Positions 45,876 through 56,683 of a stretch of 56,683 bases of DNA are shown here, one piece after another. The position numbers and the translations under genes are program-made. This DNA is from Hadesarchaea archaeon. GTDB taxonomy: Archaea > Hadarchaeota > Hadarchaeia > Hadarchaeales > JAGGTB01. Positions within the stretch are counted from its first letter, which is position 1; the number at the start of each line of letters is the position of its first letter. The stretch is from positions 1 through 56,683 of the forward strand of contig JAGGTB010000028.1 of assembly GCA_021163965.1 (NCBI GenBank), given 5' to 3'. The notes under the pieces are model-generated. The model was not told the DNA's origin. It saw only the letters and a program-made list of their open reading frames with translations, and made no database searches.

Positions 45876-46673
45876 CTACTTTTTGGTGACCTTTCTCCGC
45901 TGCTTCTCGATTCCCGAGAGCAATCCAGCTATTCCACCTATAGTGCTCCCGAGTTCCGAGGGGCTGATTACTACCATGTTGCCTTCCCTCGCGACCTCCA
46001 CGAGGGTCTGCAGCTCCCTCAGCCTCATAGCAGCGGGATTTTTCTCGTATAACTTCGCTGCTTCTGCCATTCGTCTGGAGGCCTGATATTCTCCCTCTGC
46101 CATGATTACCCTCGACCTGCGCTCACGTTCTGCCTCAGCCTGTTTTGCTATCGCTCTGACCATCTCCTCGGGTAGGGATACGTCCCGTATAGTCACGTTA
46201 GTAACCTTGACTCCCCACGGGTCGGTCTGTTCATCGAGTATTTTTCTTATCTTTTCACTGAGTTCTTCGCGCTTGGTCAGCAGGTCGTCTAGGTCCACTT
46301 GCCCCAGCACATCCCTCAGGGTGGTCTGGGCGAGCATGCTCGTGGCTCTGTAATAGTGCTCTACTCTCAAGATCGCGTTCTCCGGGTTGAAGACCCTCAT
46401 GTAGACTACCGCATCAACGTCCGTGCTTACGTTGTCCTTCGTCACGACTCTTTGTTTTGGCACATCTATGTCCATCACTCGCAGGTCCACTTTGGTCAGC
46501 TTGTCGACGAATGGAATTATCAGAAAGAGGCCAGGCCCCTTGACCCCGATAAATCTGCCGAGTCGGAAGTGGACAGCTCGCTCGTACTCTCGGAGGACTT
46601 TTATCGAATAGGGCAACAGGCAGATCACGATGAATACCAAAAACATCAGCAGTCCGAGGAGCCAGTCTGACAT
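45876..46673 (-). CDS. Stomatin/SPFH (band 7) family protein
   Basis: N-terminal TM, then VLREYERAVHFRLGRF...DIDVPKQRVVTKDNV...TLRDVLGQVDLDDLL...AEAERERR. Confidence 0.92.
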   Translation of the reverse strand: MSDWLLGLLMFLVFIVICLLPYSIKVLREYERAVHFRLGRFIGVKGPGLFLIIPFVDKLTKVDLRVMDIDVPKQRVVTKDNVSTDVDAVVYMRVFNPENAILRVEHYYRATSMLAQTTLRDVLGQVDLDDLLTKREELSEKIRKILDEQTDPWGVKVTNVTIRDVSLPEEMVRAIAKQAEAERERRSRVIMAEGEYQASRRMAEAAKLYEKNPAAMRLRELQTLVEVAREGNMVVISPSELGSTIGGIAGLLSGIEKQRRKVTKK

Positions 46674-46786
46674 CTTTTCACCCCCTCTGTTAGTCTCTTG
46701 TGAGAGTATTTAAAGTGTTGGATGGTGCCGAAACTTGATAAGTATACTTAATAGCCTTGGGTTTCCCAATATCCAGTTGGATCGGC

Positions 46787-48004
46787 ATGTCGGTAAGCCT
46801 AACGGACTATCGCGATTTTGTGGACGAATCCAAGATATCCGAGATTTACAGGAAAGGCAGTAGGATCTCTAGGAGGCACATTCTGCACATTAGCTCCACC
46901 TATTACGGAGGTGGAGTCGCCGAAATACTGAGGAGCTTGGTCCCCCTCCTGAACGATGTGGGCATAGACGTTGGCTGGCGCACAGTAGTTGGGTCTCCTG
47001 ACTTCTTCAGGGTAACGAAGAAGTTCCACAATGCCCTCCAGGGAGACAAGATTGCGCTGACGAAAATGAAGAAAAAGGTATACGAGGAGACAAATGAGAT
47101 TTTTTCAAAGTTCACGCACGTGGAGCACGACTTAGTTGTCGTCCACGACCCTCAGCCCCTTCCACTCATAAAATTTTACAAAAAGAAGCAACCTTGGATC
47201 TGGAGGTGTCACATAGATCTCTCAAACCCCAATGAGAAATTGTGGGATTACCTGAAATCTTTTGTGATTCCGTACGATCTGGTGGTTTACCACACGGAGG
47301 AATTTGCGATGAGAGGTTTCTCGGAGAACTACCGAGTCATAAAGCCTTCAATTGATCCCCTATCGATCAAAAATATAGACCTCCCGGGGGAGACGGTTAA
47401 AAAGTATTTAAAGAAGGCGGGGGTTGTCGAAGGTAAGCCCCTCATCTCCCAAGTTTCCAGGTTTGACAAGTGGAAAGACCCCATAGGGGTCCTGAAAGTT
47501 TTCGACTTGGTAAGGCGAGAGATGGACTGCCAGCTCTTCCTAGTGGGCGATATAGCGATCGATGATCCCGAGGGTCAAAAAATGCACGAAAGGGTTCTCT
47601 CCGAGGTTAAGGGGAGAAGGGACGTGAGACTGATACTCGGCGCCCACGACATCCTCGTAAATGCAATCCAGAGGGCCTCCGATGTAGTCCTGCAGAAGTC
47701 GATCAGGGAGGGCTTCGGTCTATCGGTTTCCGAGGCCTTGTGGAAGAAAACCCCGGTGGTAGCGTCGAACGTTGGCGGGCTCCCAACCCAGGTCATAGAT
47801 GGGGAAACCGGTTACTTGGTGGACCCGATGGATTACGAGGCTGCCGCCAAGAAAGTGATGGATCTCCTCTCGGATCCTACCCTCAGGGAAAAGATGGGGG
47901 AGAAGGGTAGGGAGCATGTGAAGAAAAACTTCCTCATCACTCGCCATATCGAGGACTGGATTGATCTCTGGACGGAAATTCTCGAAGAAAATGGCGGCGA
48001 CTGA
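46787..48004 (+). CDS. treT: GT4 glycosyltransferase, trehalose synthase (TreT)-like
   Basis: HISSTYYGGGVAEILRSLVPLLNDVGIDVGWRTVVGSPDFFRVTKKFHNALQG resembles TreT of Thermococcales and Thermoproteus. The C-terminal GT1/GT4 motif is EGFGLSVSEALWK. The start is either the ATG at 46787 or the TTG at 46757. Confidence 0.75.
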   Translation: MSVSLTDYRDFVDESKISEIYRKGSRISRRHILHISSTYYGGGVAEILRSLVPLLNDVGIDVGWRTVVGSPDFFRVTKKFHNALQGDKIALTKMKKKVYEETNEIFSKFTHVEHDLVVVHDPQPLPLIKFYKKKQPWIWRCHIDLSNPNEKLWDYLKSFVIPYDLVVYHTEEFAMRGFSENYRVIKPSIDPLSIKNIDLPGETVKKYLKKAGVVEGKPLISQVSRFDKWKDPIGVLKVFDLVRREMDCQLFLVGDIAIDDPEGQKMHERVLSEVKGRRDVRLILGAHDILVNAIQRASDVVLQKSIREGFGLSVSEALWKKTPVVASNVGGLPTQVIDGETGYLVDPMDYEAAAKKVMDLLSDPTLREKMGEKGREHVKKNFLITRHIEDWIDLWTEILEENGGD

Positions 48005-48052
48005 GACGTAGAGTTATCCATAAATAGCTTCCATGTAAACTTCAAAATACGT

Positions 48053-48124
48053 GGCCAGGGTGGTGTAATGGTAACATTCGGGCCTGTGGAGCCCGCGTCC
48101 CGGGTTCGAATCCCGGCCCTGGCC
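48053..48124 (+). tRNA. tRNA-His (GUG) with encoded G-1, no encoded CCA
   Basis: Hand-folded cloverleaf. Acceptor GCCAGGG/CCCUGGC with an extra 5' G opposite discriminator C. D stem GUGU/ACAU. Anticodon stem CGGGC/GCCCG with loop CUGUGGA. T arm CCGGG-UUCGAAU-CCCGG. Confidence 0.9.
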
Positions 48125-48166
48125 CTTGGCTCGAATCTTGTTGAGTTCTTCCCCGCCCCTGAAACT

Positions 48167-49321
48167 TTATCGGCATCGCCCTATGATCGCAATTGTTGCC
48201 GCTACCGCTACGATGGCCGCTATTCCCGTGCCAATCCAAATCCATGGTAGTCCCTCCTCACCAGCACCGGTCCCCGAGAAATTTACCTGGGGGGCAAATT
48301 GGCCCTCGAGCAGTGCTTCAACAGCCTCTGTGGCACTAGCACCGCTCCAAGTGTAAGTTCCATCAGCGTACTCTGGGTTTCCGGGTAGCCCAGTTACCTC
48401 CGCATCTTCCGGAACCTCGAGCGCGAACGTTAGGTTTACCCCCTCCATTGTTCTGACTAAGTCTTCTTGGCTAAGAGATTTTTGGATCTCCGGTGGGAGT
48501 TGGAAGGTATAGGACCCATCTTCTCCAACATGTAGCTCTCCCTGGACGGTTATGGACATGTCCATATTCACTAGATTGTCGGCGACAGTGAGACTAAGCT
48601 CTAAGCTAGATTCGGCAGTTGCACTGCTACCGTCGATCGAGAAGTTCAGCGAATCTTCACTTCCCTTCAGCGAGGCGGTTATTGTTGCCGGTAGGGAAGC
48701 GCACCACTCCTCATTTTCGAACCCACTACTTGAAAGCAACACATTGAAGCCAACGGCTAGTGTTGGTTCTTCCCAAGAGAATTCCGTGCAGTTAACGTTT
48801 TCCAATATTATCTCGTCCCCGATCCCCGGCGACATTGAAATTCCCTTCCCATAAGGAAGCGCTTGGTTCCCGCCGAAGATCTCCGAGAGCGGTTTTCCCT
48901 CGATGCCAGCAATTTCAATGTAGCTGTTGATCATCTCGGCGCTCGCCAAGCCAAGGAACATCTTAAGATTCTCTGGAAGCTCGGCTATGGCAGCCTCTGA
49001 AAGGACGGCCTTCCCACTTAAATTTATCTGAAGTTGTCCCGGGGTGGGTGAAGATATTTCGACCAGCACGTCTGCCGAAGGTATCTGAGAAAGAGTTGGG
49101 GGTTGCTCTAATTCTTCCCTAGGCATCGTGGCATCGACGGAGGCCGTGAACGTGAAGTTGCCGTCTGATTGAAGTTTGAGGCGAGCATTTACATTCGCTT
49201 GTTCTTCTTGCGCGCAGGTGTTTGCAACCGAAGTCAGCAAAAGGACACCAAGGATCAGAGCACTCAAAGAAGCTAACCTCATCTTATCATCTATTTTTAT
49301 GACCTCCTGGGTATTTAACAC
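48167..49321 (-). CDS. Secreted, C-terminally anchored surface protein (hypothetical)
   Basis: 384 aa. N-terminal signal-like helix, an acidic Ser/Thr-rich body, and a C-terminal TM helix followed by RCR. Confidence 0.5.
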   Translation of the reverse strand: MLNTQEVIKIDDKMRLASLSALILGVLLLTSVANTCAQEEQANVNARLKLQSDGNFTFTASVDATMPREELEQPPTLSQIPSADVLVEISSPTPGQLQINLSGKAVLSEAAIAELPENLKMFLGLASAEMINSYIEIAGIEGKPLSEIFGGNQALPYGKGISMSPGIGDEIILENVNCTEFSWEEPTLAVGFNVLLSSSGFENEEWCASLPATITASLKGSEDSLNFSIDGSSATAESSLELSLTVADNLVNMDMSITVQGELHVGEDGSYTFQLPPEIQKSLSQEDLVRTMEGVNLTFALEVPEDAEVTGLPGNPEYADGTYTWSGASATEAVEALLEGQFAPQVNFSGTGAGEEGLPWIWIGTGIAAIVAVAATIAIIGRCR

Positions 49322-49651
49322 TATTGCTGATTACACATGAGCGAATTCTCTGGTTAGTAGGCGGATCCCAAAATAGGCAGATGTGGATGCATAAAAGGAG
49401 GTAATTCGAGGGGTGACCAGGAGGAAAAATCTTAAGTATAGGGTTCTCGCAATTATTAATTGCCCCACACGCTGTAGTGTGGGAAGGCGTTGATCCGAGT
49501 TTGGGACAATCGGTCCCGCGATGACGGATTACTATCCTAGTGTGGGGTCAATATGTGGGCCTGAACAAGCCGGGCTACCGGAGAGCTCGGGTCCGAGATA
49601 AGTCCGACACTCCCATTACCGCCTAGAAATCAGCCTGCGGCCAAGGCCCAA

Positions 49652-51119
<1,468 letters not shown>

Positions 51120-51149
51120 TCGAAGCTTTGGGGGTGTCGGACTCTCGGA

Positions 51150-51224
51150 GGGCCTGTAGCTCAGCGGTAGAGCGTCGGCTTTGCAAGCCGAAGGTCTCGG
51201 GTTCAAATCCCGACAGGTCCACCA
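51150..51224 (+). tRNA. tRNA-Ala (UGC) in the 16S-23S spacer, CCA encoded
   Basis: GGGCCUGUAGCUCAGCGGUAGAGCGUCGGCUUUGCAAGCCGAAGGUCUCGGGUUCAAAUCCCGACAGGUCCACCA. The G3:U70 identity pair is present. Confidence 0.95.
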
Positions 51225-53379
51225 CACTTCCAGCCTGCAAAGCTTTACTTTGCAGGTGTCGGGCAAAATTGCACGTTTGGTGCAAGATGATTGCCATGCA
51301 TAGGTCCATCCTCCAGCGCCAGCCGAACTAGGGATCAGTAGGAACTGGCACGCTAAGCCACTTGGGGGATGGCTCGGCTCGGGCGCCGAGGAAGGTCGTG
51401 ACAAGCTGCGATAAGCCCGGGCGAGGTGCACGTAGCCTTTGAACCCGGGATCGCTGAATGGGACTTCCTGGCGCGATAAAATCGCGTCGTTCGCGGTAGC
51501 GAACGGGAACCCCGGGAACTGAAACATCTTAGTACCGGGAGGAAAAGAAAGCAAATGCGATGCCCTGAGTAGCGGCGAGCGAAAAGGGCACAGGGCAAAC
51601 CGAACCTGGTGGGGAAACCCACTGGGGATGTGGGGTTGCAGGACCCGATCGCCATCTCCCCAGGGAAGCCGAAGTCCCCTGGAAAGGGGCGCCATAGAGG
51701 GTGATAGCCCCGTAGGCGCAACCTGGGAGGTGTTGGATCGGGTATCCTGAGTACCGTGCCTTGGTATTGGCGCGGGAAGCTGGGAGGCACCAACTCCCAA
51801 CCCTAAATACGTCCCGAGACCGATAGCGAACGCAGTACCGTGAGGGAAAGCTGAAAAGTACCCCGAAAGGGGGGTGAAAAGAGCCTGAAACCAAGTGGCG
51901 ACAGTTGGACATGGCTCGAAAGAAATGATTCTCCCCAAAGGAAACCACGGCGACGTGGAAGTACGAGGGGAGAGGATCGGGGTCATGTCGTCCGTTTAGA
52001 AACACGGGCCAGGGAGTTCACTGCCGTGGCGAGGTTAAGGAGTTCACCTCCGGAGCCGCAGCGAAAGCGACATGCCCACAGCCCCGTATGGGGTGAGGGG
52101 CGGGGTGTGAAAGCGCCCGAAGTCACGGCAGTGAGACCCGAAGCCGGGGCGATCTAGCCCGGGGCAGGGTGAAGCCGACCTCCGGGTCGGTGGAGGCCCG
52201 AACCGGTCTTGATGTGCAATTCAGTCGGATGACCCTGGGCTAGTGGCGAAAGACCAATCAAGCCCGGCGATAGCTGGTTCCCCCCGAAGCTGGCCGCAGT
52301 CAGGCCCAGCGCGAGGTTGCCAGCGGTGTAGAGCACTGATTGGTGAGTGCGGGGGGAAACCCTCGGCTCACCTGTCAAACTCCGAAGCCGCTGGCGCTGT
52401 AGACCGCTGGAGTTAGGGTGCGGGGGGTAAGCTCCCGCCCCGAGAGGGGAACAACCCAGACCAAGGTTAAGGCCCCTAAATGCCGGCTAAGTGTCAAACC
52501 AAAGGGCGTCTTCGTCCTTAGACAGCGGGGAGGTAGGCTTAGAAGCAGCCATCCTTTAAACAACGCGTAAAAGCGGACCCGTCGAGGGCGAAGGCCCCGA
52601 AAATGGACGGGGCTTAAGCCGGCTGCCGAGACCTTGGGGCAGGCGAAGTTTAGTAGCCTGATCCGGTAGGGGGGCGTCCTGCGAGGGCAGAAGCGCGGCC
52701 GTGAGGTCGCGTGGACCTCGTAGGAATGAAGATCCTGGCGGTAGTAGCAGCGAAGTGGGGTGAGAATCCCCACCGCCGAAGGGGCCCGGGTTCCTCGACG
52801 ATGTTCATCAGTCGAGGGTTAGTCGGTCCTAAGGCTACCCTCAACCAGAGGTAGCCGAAAGGGAAACCGGTTAATATTCCGGTACCGCCCAAGTACCTGC
52901 GGCAACGCAAGCTCGGCTCCTGACGCTCAGGGGTACGCCGAGCAGGGCCGTCGCCCTGTCTAACCGTGCAAGCCCGGGGAGTGCCGTAATGGCGAGAACC
53001 GGGTGAACGCGGGAATGGCTCGCCTAAGGCGAGTTCGGCGGAGCCCTAGAGCCCGTGAAAAGGGAGCCGAGAATTGGGATCTTGGGCGACCGTACCTAGA
53101 TCCGACACAGGTGCCCCTAGGTGAGTAGCCTAAGGCGTGCCGGGGGATCCCAGGCTAGGGAAATCGGCAAACTGGCCCCGTGCCTTCGGTCGAAGGGGTG
53201 CCTGCCATGCGGATGGCAGGTCGCAGTGACCAGGGGGGGCCGACTGTTTAATAAAAACGTAGTTAACCGCTAGCCCGAAAGGGTGTGTACGGTTAATGAA
53301 TCCTGCCCAGTGGAGGTACGTGAAGCTGGAGTCCAATCCAGCGAAGCGCCTCTAAACGGCGGGGGTAACTATAACCCTC

Positions 53380-54232
53380 GAGTAGGGGGTTGTAAAACCC
53401 GGCTGTATGCGGGGAAGAGTTGAAAATGCGGGCTACCCTTTGGGTAACAAAGCCCGCGTTTGGTGATCTCGACCCGCAGGAAACCCCGGAGAGCTAGAAA
53501 AGCATAATTTAGCAAAGCGTAACAAAGTCCCTCTTAAGGGAACAGAATGTCGCTGGCTTACTTGGTGGGCGTCATGCTGGGTGACGGTGGCGTCTACGGA
53601 AACACGTATACAGTTTTCTGTAGGGACGGGGACAAAAGGTTCGTGCAGTGGTGTGCGGAGAGGGTCAGGGAAATCTTTGGGATCCAACCGAGAATTCACA
53701 AAGCAGCCCCGAACTGTTGGGCCGTCAGCACGAACAGGGCGGAGATTCACCAATTTATGTGCAAGCTCGGATATCCAAAAGGACGAAAATCGACCGCTGC
53801 CAGGATCCCAGAGATTTTTCTGAGGAGTAGAAGTGACAGGATCGATGTCGTCAAGGGGCTATTCGATGCCGAGGGGTATTGTGGAATTGACAGGCAAAAA
53901 CACGGGAACAAGGTCTATCGGTATCCCTACGTGGGCATTGATATGATAGCGAAGCCAGTAATTAAAGAAGTAAGAAAAATTCTTGGAGAACTTGGCATCA
54001 GTTGTAGCCTTCAAGTCAAGAAACCTCGCGCGTGGGGAAAAAATCCGCAGTGGTCCTTGGTGGTCAAAGGACACGGCGGAGTAGCAGAGTTCGAGAAAAA
54101 AGTGGGGTTCAGGCATCCAGCGAAATCAGCGCGTTTAGAAGAGCTCGTTGAAGGGGGATCCTCAGAGACCATACGCTGGGCGCCCTAGATAGGGCGATGA
54201 TATGGTCCACCCTTCTCCAATGAGGAGGGAGC
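53380..54232 (+). mobile_element. Archaeal-type rRNA intron in 23S domain IV carrying a homing endonuclease gene
   Basis: Removing 53380-54232 restores the universal AACCCUC|UUAAGGUAGCG. The exon-1 end CCCUC can pair with GAGGG at the intron 3' end, as expected for a bulge-helix-bulge site. Boundaries are accurate to about 1 nt. Confidence 0.85.
53547..54188 (+). CDS. LAGLIDADG homing endonuclease (double-motif, monomeric type)
   Basis: 213 aa with two dodecapeptide motifs, LAYLVGVMLGDGGV and VVKGLFDAEGYCG. Lies entirely within the 23S intron. Confidence 0.9.
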   Translation: MSLAYLVGVMLGDGGVYGNTYTVFCRDGDKRFVQWCAERVREIFGIQPRIHKAAPNCWAVSTNRAEIHQFMCKLGYPKGRKSTAARIPEIFLRSRSDRIDVVKGLFDAEGYCGIDRQKHGNKVYRYPYVGIDMIAKPVIKEVRKILGELGISCSLQVKKPRAWGKNPQWSLVVKGHGGVAEFEKKVGFRHPAKSARLEELVEGGSSETIRWAP

Positions 54233-54865
54233 TTAAGGTAGCGAAATGCCTTGCCGCTTAATTGGCGGCTCGCATGAATGGATCAACGAGCCCCCCGCTG
54301 TCCCAGCCTGGGTCCCGGTGAACCCACTGGCTGGCGCACATGCCAGGGACCCCCGAAGGGAAGCGAAGACCCCGTGGAGCTTTACTGCAGCCTGTCGTTG
54401 GAGTGCGGCTGTGGGTGTAGAGCGTAGGCGGGAGCCTTGGAAGCCGGGTCGCCAGGCCCGGTGGAGGCGCCAATGTAACACCGCCCTCCCGTAGCTGTGC
54501 TTCTAACCGCTTCGGCGGGACAGCGGCAGGTGGGCAGTTTCGCTGGGGCGGCAGCCTCTCGAAAAAATATCGAGAGGGCCCAAAGGTCGGCTTAGGCGGG
54601 TCAGAAATCCGCCGTCAAGGGCAAGGCCAGAAGCCGGCCTGACTGCGTCCTCACCAACGGAGGACGCAGGGGCGAAAGCCGGGCCTAGCGAACCTCGGTG
54701 TCCCTCTTGGTGAGGGCCCGAGATGACAGAAAAGCTACCCCGGGGATAACAGAGTGGTAGCCTGCGAGAGCCCATATCGACCAGGCTGCTTGCTACCTCG
54801 ATGTCGGTTCTCCCTATCCTGGCCGTGCAGCAGCGGCCAAGGGTGGGGTTGTTCGCCCATTAAAA

Positions 54866-54904
<39 letters not shown>

Positions 54905-55397
54905 AGATGCTATCTTTCGGGGGTGTTGGGTGCCTGAGGGGAAGGTGGCCTTAGTACGAGAGGAACAGGCCGCCGGCGCCTCTGGTGTACCGGTTGTCCG
55001 ACAGGGCAGAGCCGGGCAGCTACGCGCTAGCCGATAAGGCCTGAAAGCATCTAAGGCCGAAGCGGCTCCCGAAAATAGGCACCCATTCCCGACATGCCGA
55101 AAGGCACCGGGACCGGTGACGGTCACGGTTGTCGGGACGAGGACCGAGGCCAGAAGACCTCGTTGATAGGCCGGGGGTGTAAGCACGGAGCTTCGGCGAC
55201 GTGTTCAGCCCGCCGGTACTAATCGTCCGAGGTGCCAGTTCCCAAAGTCCCTAGCTCGGGCGATTCTGGGGATGGACCTATGCATGGTTTTCTTTTTTGT
55301 GTTGTTGGGGCGCAACGATGCCCAACTTTCCCACCGGCGAAAAGCGGAGCGGGATTCCAAAATCGTTAAGAGGTTTTAAGATTGGGATTAGAATGGT

Positions 55398-55508
55398 GGG
55401 CCCATAGCTCAGCGGTAGATTGGGTCTAAACCCAAGCCGAAAGCGCCGCCTTCGCATGCGCTCCGGAAAAGGCGGAGGTCGCGGGTTCAAATCCCGCTGG
55501 GTCCACCA
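55398..55508 (+). tRNA. tRNA-Ala (CGC) with two introns, CCA encoded
   Basis: Hand fold. Acceptor GGGCCCA/UGGGUCC with G3:U70. The D arm is interrupted after GCUC-AGCGGUA-GA by 23 nt (55420-55442). Anticodon stem CCGCC/GGCGG has loop UUCGCA + A, interrupted by 13 nt at the canonical 37/38 site (55457-55469). T arm GCGGG-UUCAAAU-CCCGC. Confidence 0.8.
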
Positions 55509-55584
55509 CTTTTCTTTTTAGCATCTGAATGGACCTCCAGAGGAAAATATTAGTAAACCAACATTCAACAACTGAATGGTTTAG

Positions 55585-56100
55585 ATGGTGCGAAAGGGCG
55601 TCGAATCTATTCCTCAACCGAGATTCAGGGGAGTCATCTCGAAGTTGGTCCAGATCCTGCGCAAGCGCGTGCCCCGCCTCAGATCTATTGTGCTCTTTGG
55701 ATCCATAGCCAGAGGGGACGCTGGGCCAAGCACAGACGTCGATTTGATAGTGGTTTCCGACTCGTTTCCCAAATCCCCTTCAAAATCCGCCGACATAATT
55801 ATCGAGGCCTTTGAAGCGCTGAAGGAAACGGATGAGTATGATAGGTTGCGCAGTGCCGGTATCTTTCTAAACATCGACCCAATAGGTTATCGGGCGGCGG
55901 ACCTAGGGGGGGTTCCTCCCCTCATGTTGGATGTCGCTCACGAGGGGATACTTTTGTTCGACGATGGGTTCATGGAAAAAGTCCTAGATGAAGTCTCGGC
56001 AAGACTAAAGAGGCTGGGGGCGAGGAGGGTGAGGACCAAGAGCGGCTGGTATTGGGATTTGAAGCCAGATTACAAGTTTGGGGAAGCGGTGGAGATATGA
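55585..56100 (+). CDS. Nucleotidyltransferase (MNT-type) domain protein
   Basis: LFGSIARGDAGPSTDVDLIVV is the minimal NTase GS...D.D motif. Its stop overlaps the start of the HEPN gene (ATGA). Confidence 0.85.
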   Translation: MVRKGVESIPQPRFRGVISKLVQILRKRVPRLRSIVLFGSIARGDAGPSTDVDLIVVSDSFPKSPSKSADIIIEAFEALKETDEYDRLRSAGIFLNIDPIGYRAADLGGVPPLMLDVAHEGILLFDDGFMEKVLDEVSARLKRLGARRVRTKSGWYWDLKPDYKFGEAVEI

Positions 56101-56540
56101 GAAACCGAGACATGGCGGCCGACTACCTCCAAGAAGCGGAGGTCTCTCTGAAGCAGGCGGAACTGGCGCTGGAGCTCAGAAGATACAACACGGCCGTCAG
56201 AAGGGCGCAGGATTGCTTGGAATTCTCCATCAAGGCGGCGCTTCGACTTGTGGGCATAGAGTATCCGAAAGAGCACGAGGTAAGCGATGTGCTGAGATCC
56301 GCAAGTGAAAGATTTCCGAAGTGGTTTCGAGCGGAAATAGATCGAATAGCGAGAGCGAGCGCGACCTTGATTCCGAAAAGGGGGCTAGCGACGTACGGAG
56401 ACGAGCGGAGGTTCACGCCGGCCGGGGAGCTGTTTGATCGCGACGATGCCCTCGAGGCGATGGACGATGCTAGAAAAAGTTTCGAAAAAGTTAAGCTCTT
56501 GCTTCGGTCGTTCGAGAAAGCGAGCAAAAAGCAACGCTAA
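56097..56540 (+). CDS. HEPN domain protein (partner of the MNT gene)
   Basis: ~147 aa, helical. AADYLQEAEVSLKQAELALELRRYNTAVRRAQDCLEFSIKAALRLVGIEYPKEHEVSDVL fits PF05168-type HEPN proteins. Confidence 0.8.
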   Translation: MRNRDMAADYLQEAEVSLKQAELALELRRYNTAVRRAQDCLEFSIKAALRLVGIEYPKEHEVSDVLRSASERFPKWFRAEIDRIARASATLIPKRGLATYGDERRFTPAGELFDRDDALEAMDDARKSFEKVKLLLRSFEKASKKQR

Positions 56541-56683
56541 GGTGAATCGTTCTGGGCCCAAAAGCAACAACTTGAAGTTCGCTTCTCCCCCCGATTTTTT
56601 CGGAGTTGTCCCTAGCCGTGCCCTCTCAGCCGCGATGCCTAATTATTGGGCCCGTTGAGCCTACTGTGTCACGATGAGGGAGG

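Noticed and set aside
55243-55397. Looked for a 5S rRNA gene downstream of 23S, and elsewhere in the window.
   Set aside because: No 5S-like sequence or fold was recognised. The spacer contains only the outer 23S processing stem, a T-rich tract and the tRNA-Ala promoter region.

Overview
Archaeal chromosomal segment, tightly packed and mostly housekeeping. It is unusually rich in DNA replication and repair genes: a partial Nre gene, RFC small subunit, family-B DNA polymerase, ATP-dependent ligase, a four-OB-fold RPA, two full-length RadA paralogues, Mre11-Rad50 and a type IA topoisomerase. It also carries translation and RNA genes (IleRS, MetAP, fibrillarin-Nop5, L21e-RpoF-DUF655, LSm), cofactor, lipid and sugar genes (PdxS, CoaBC plus pantoate kinase, a class-II-like HMG-CoA reductase, a TreT-like synthase), and a small glycosylation cluster. 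A 16S-tRNAAla(UGC)-23S operon is present. Its 23S gene carries an ~853-nt intron encoding a LAGLIDADG endonuclease. A two-intron tRNA-Ala(CGC) and an MNT/HEPN pair follow the operon. I found no CRISPR array, no cas genes and no 5S rRNA. Four things are not explained by routine annotation. (1) Two diverged copies, 18 kb apart, of an unclassified ~230-260 nt RNA-like element show block-and-expansion architecture, a compensatory stem change and GNRA-capped hairpins on the minus strand. (2) A 1-kb gene-free stretch next to copy 2 carries five TTGTTA-N6-TAACAA palindromes plus short iterated motifs. (3) A visibly GC-richer insertion encodes a TnpB/OrfB-like protein without a zinc ribbon and apparently without two of the three RuvC acidic residues. 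It has a hairpin-dense 3' tail and abuts a truncated MinD/ParA remnant. (4) An RPA-radA2 operon sits 9 kb from radA1, and the two radA genes share a near-identical DNA tract suggesting gene conversion. All functional calls rest on motif recognition by eye; no database search was run.
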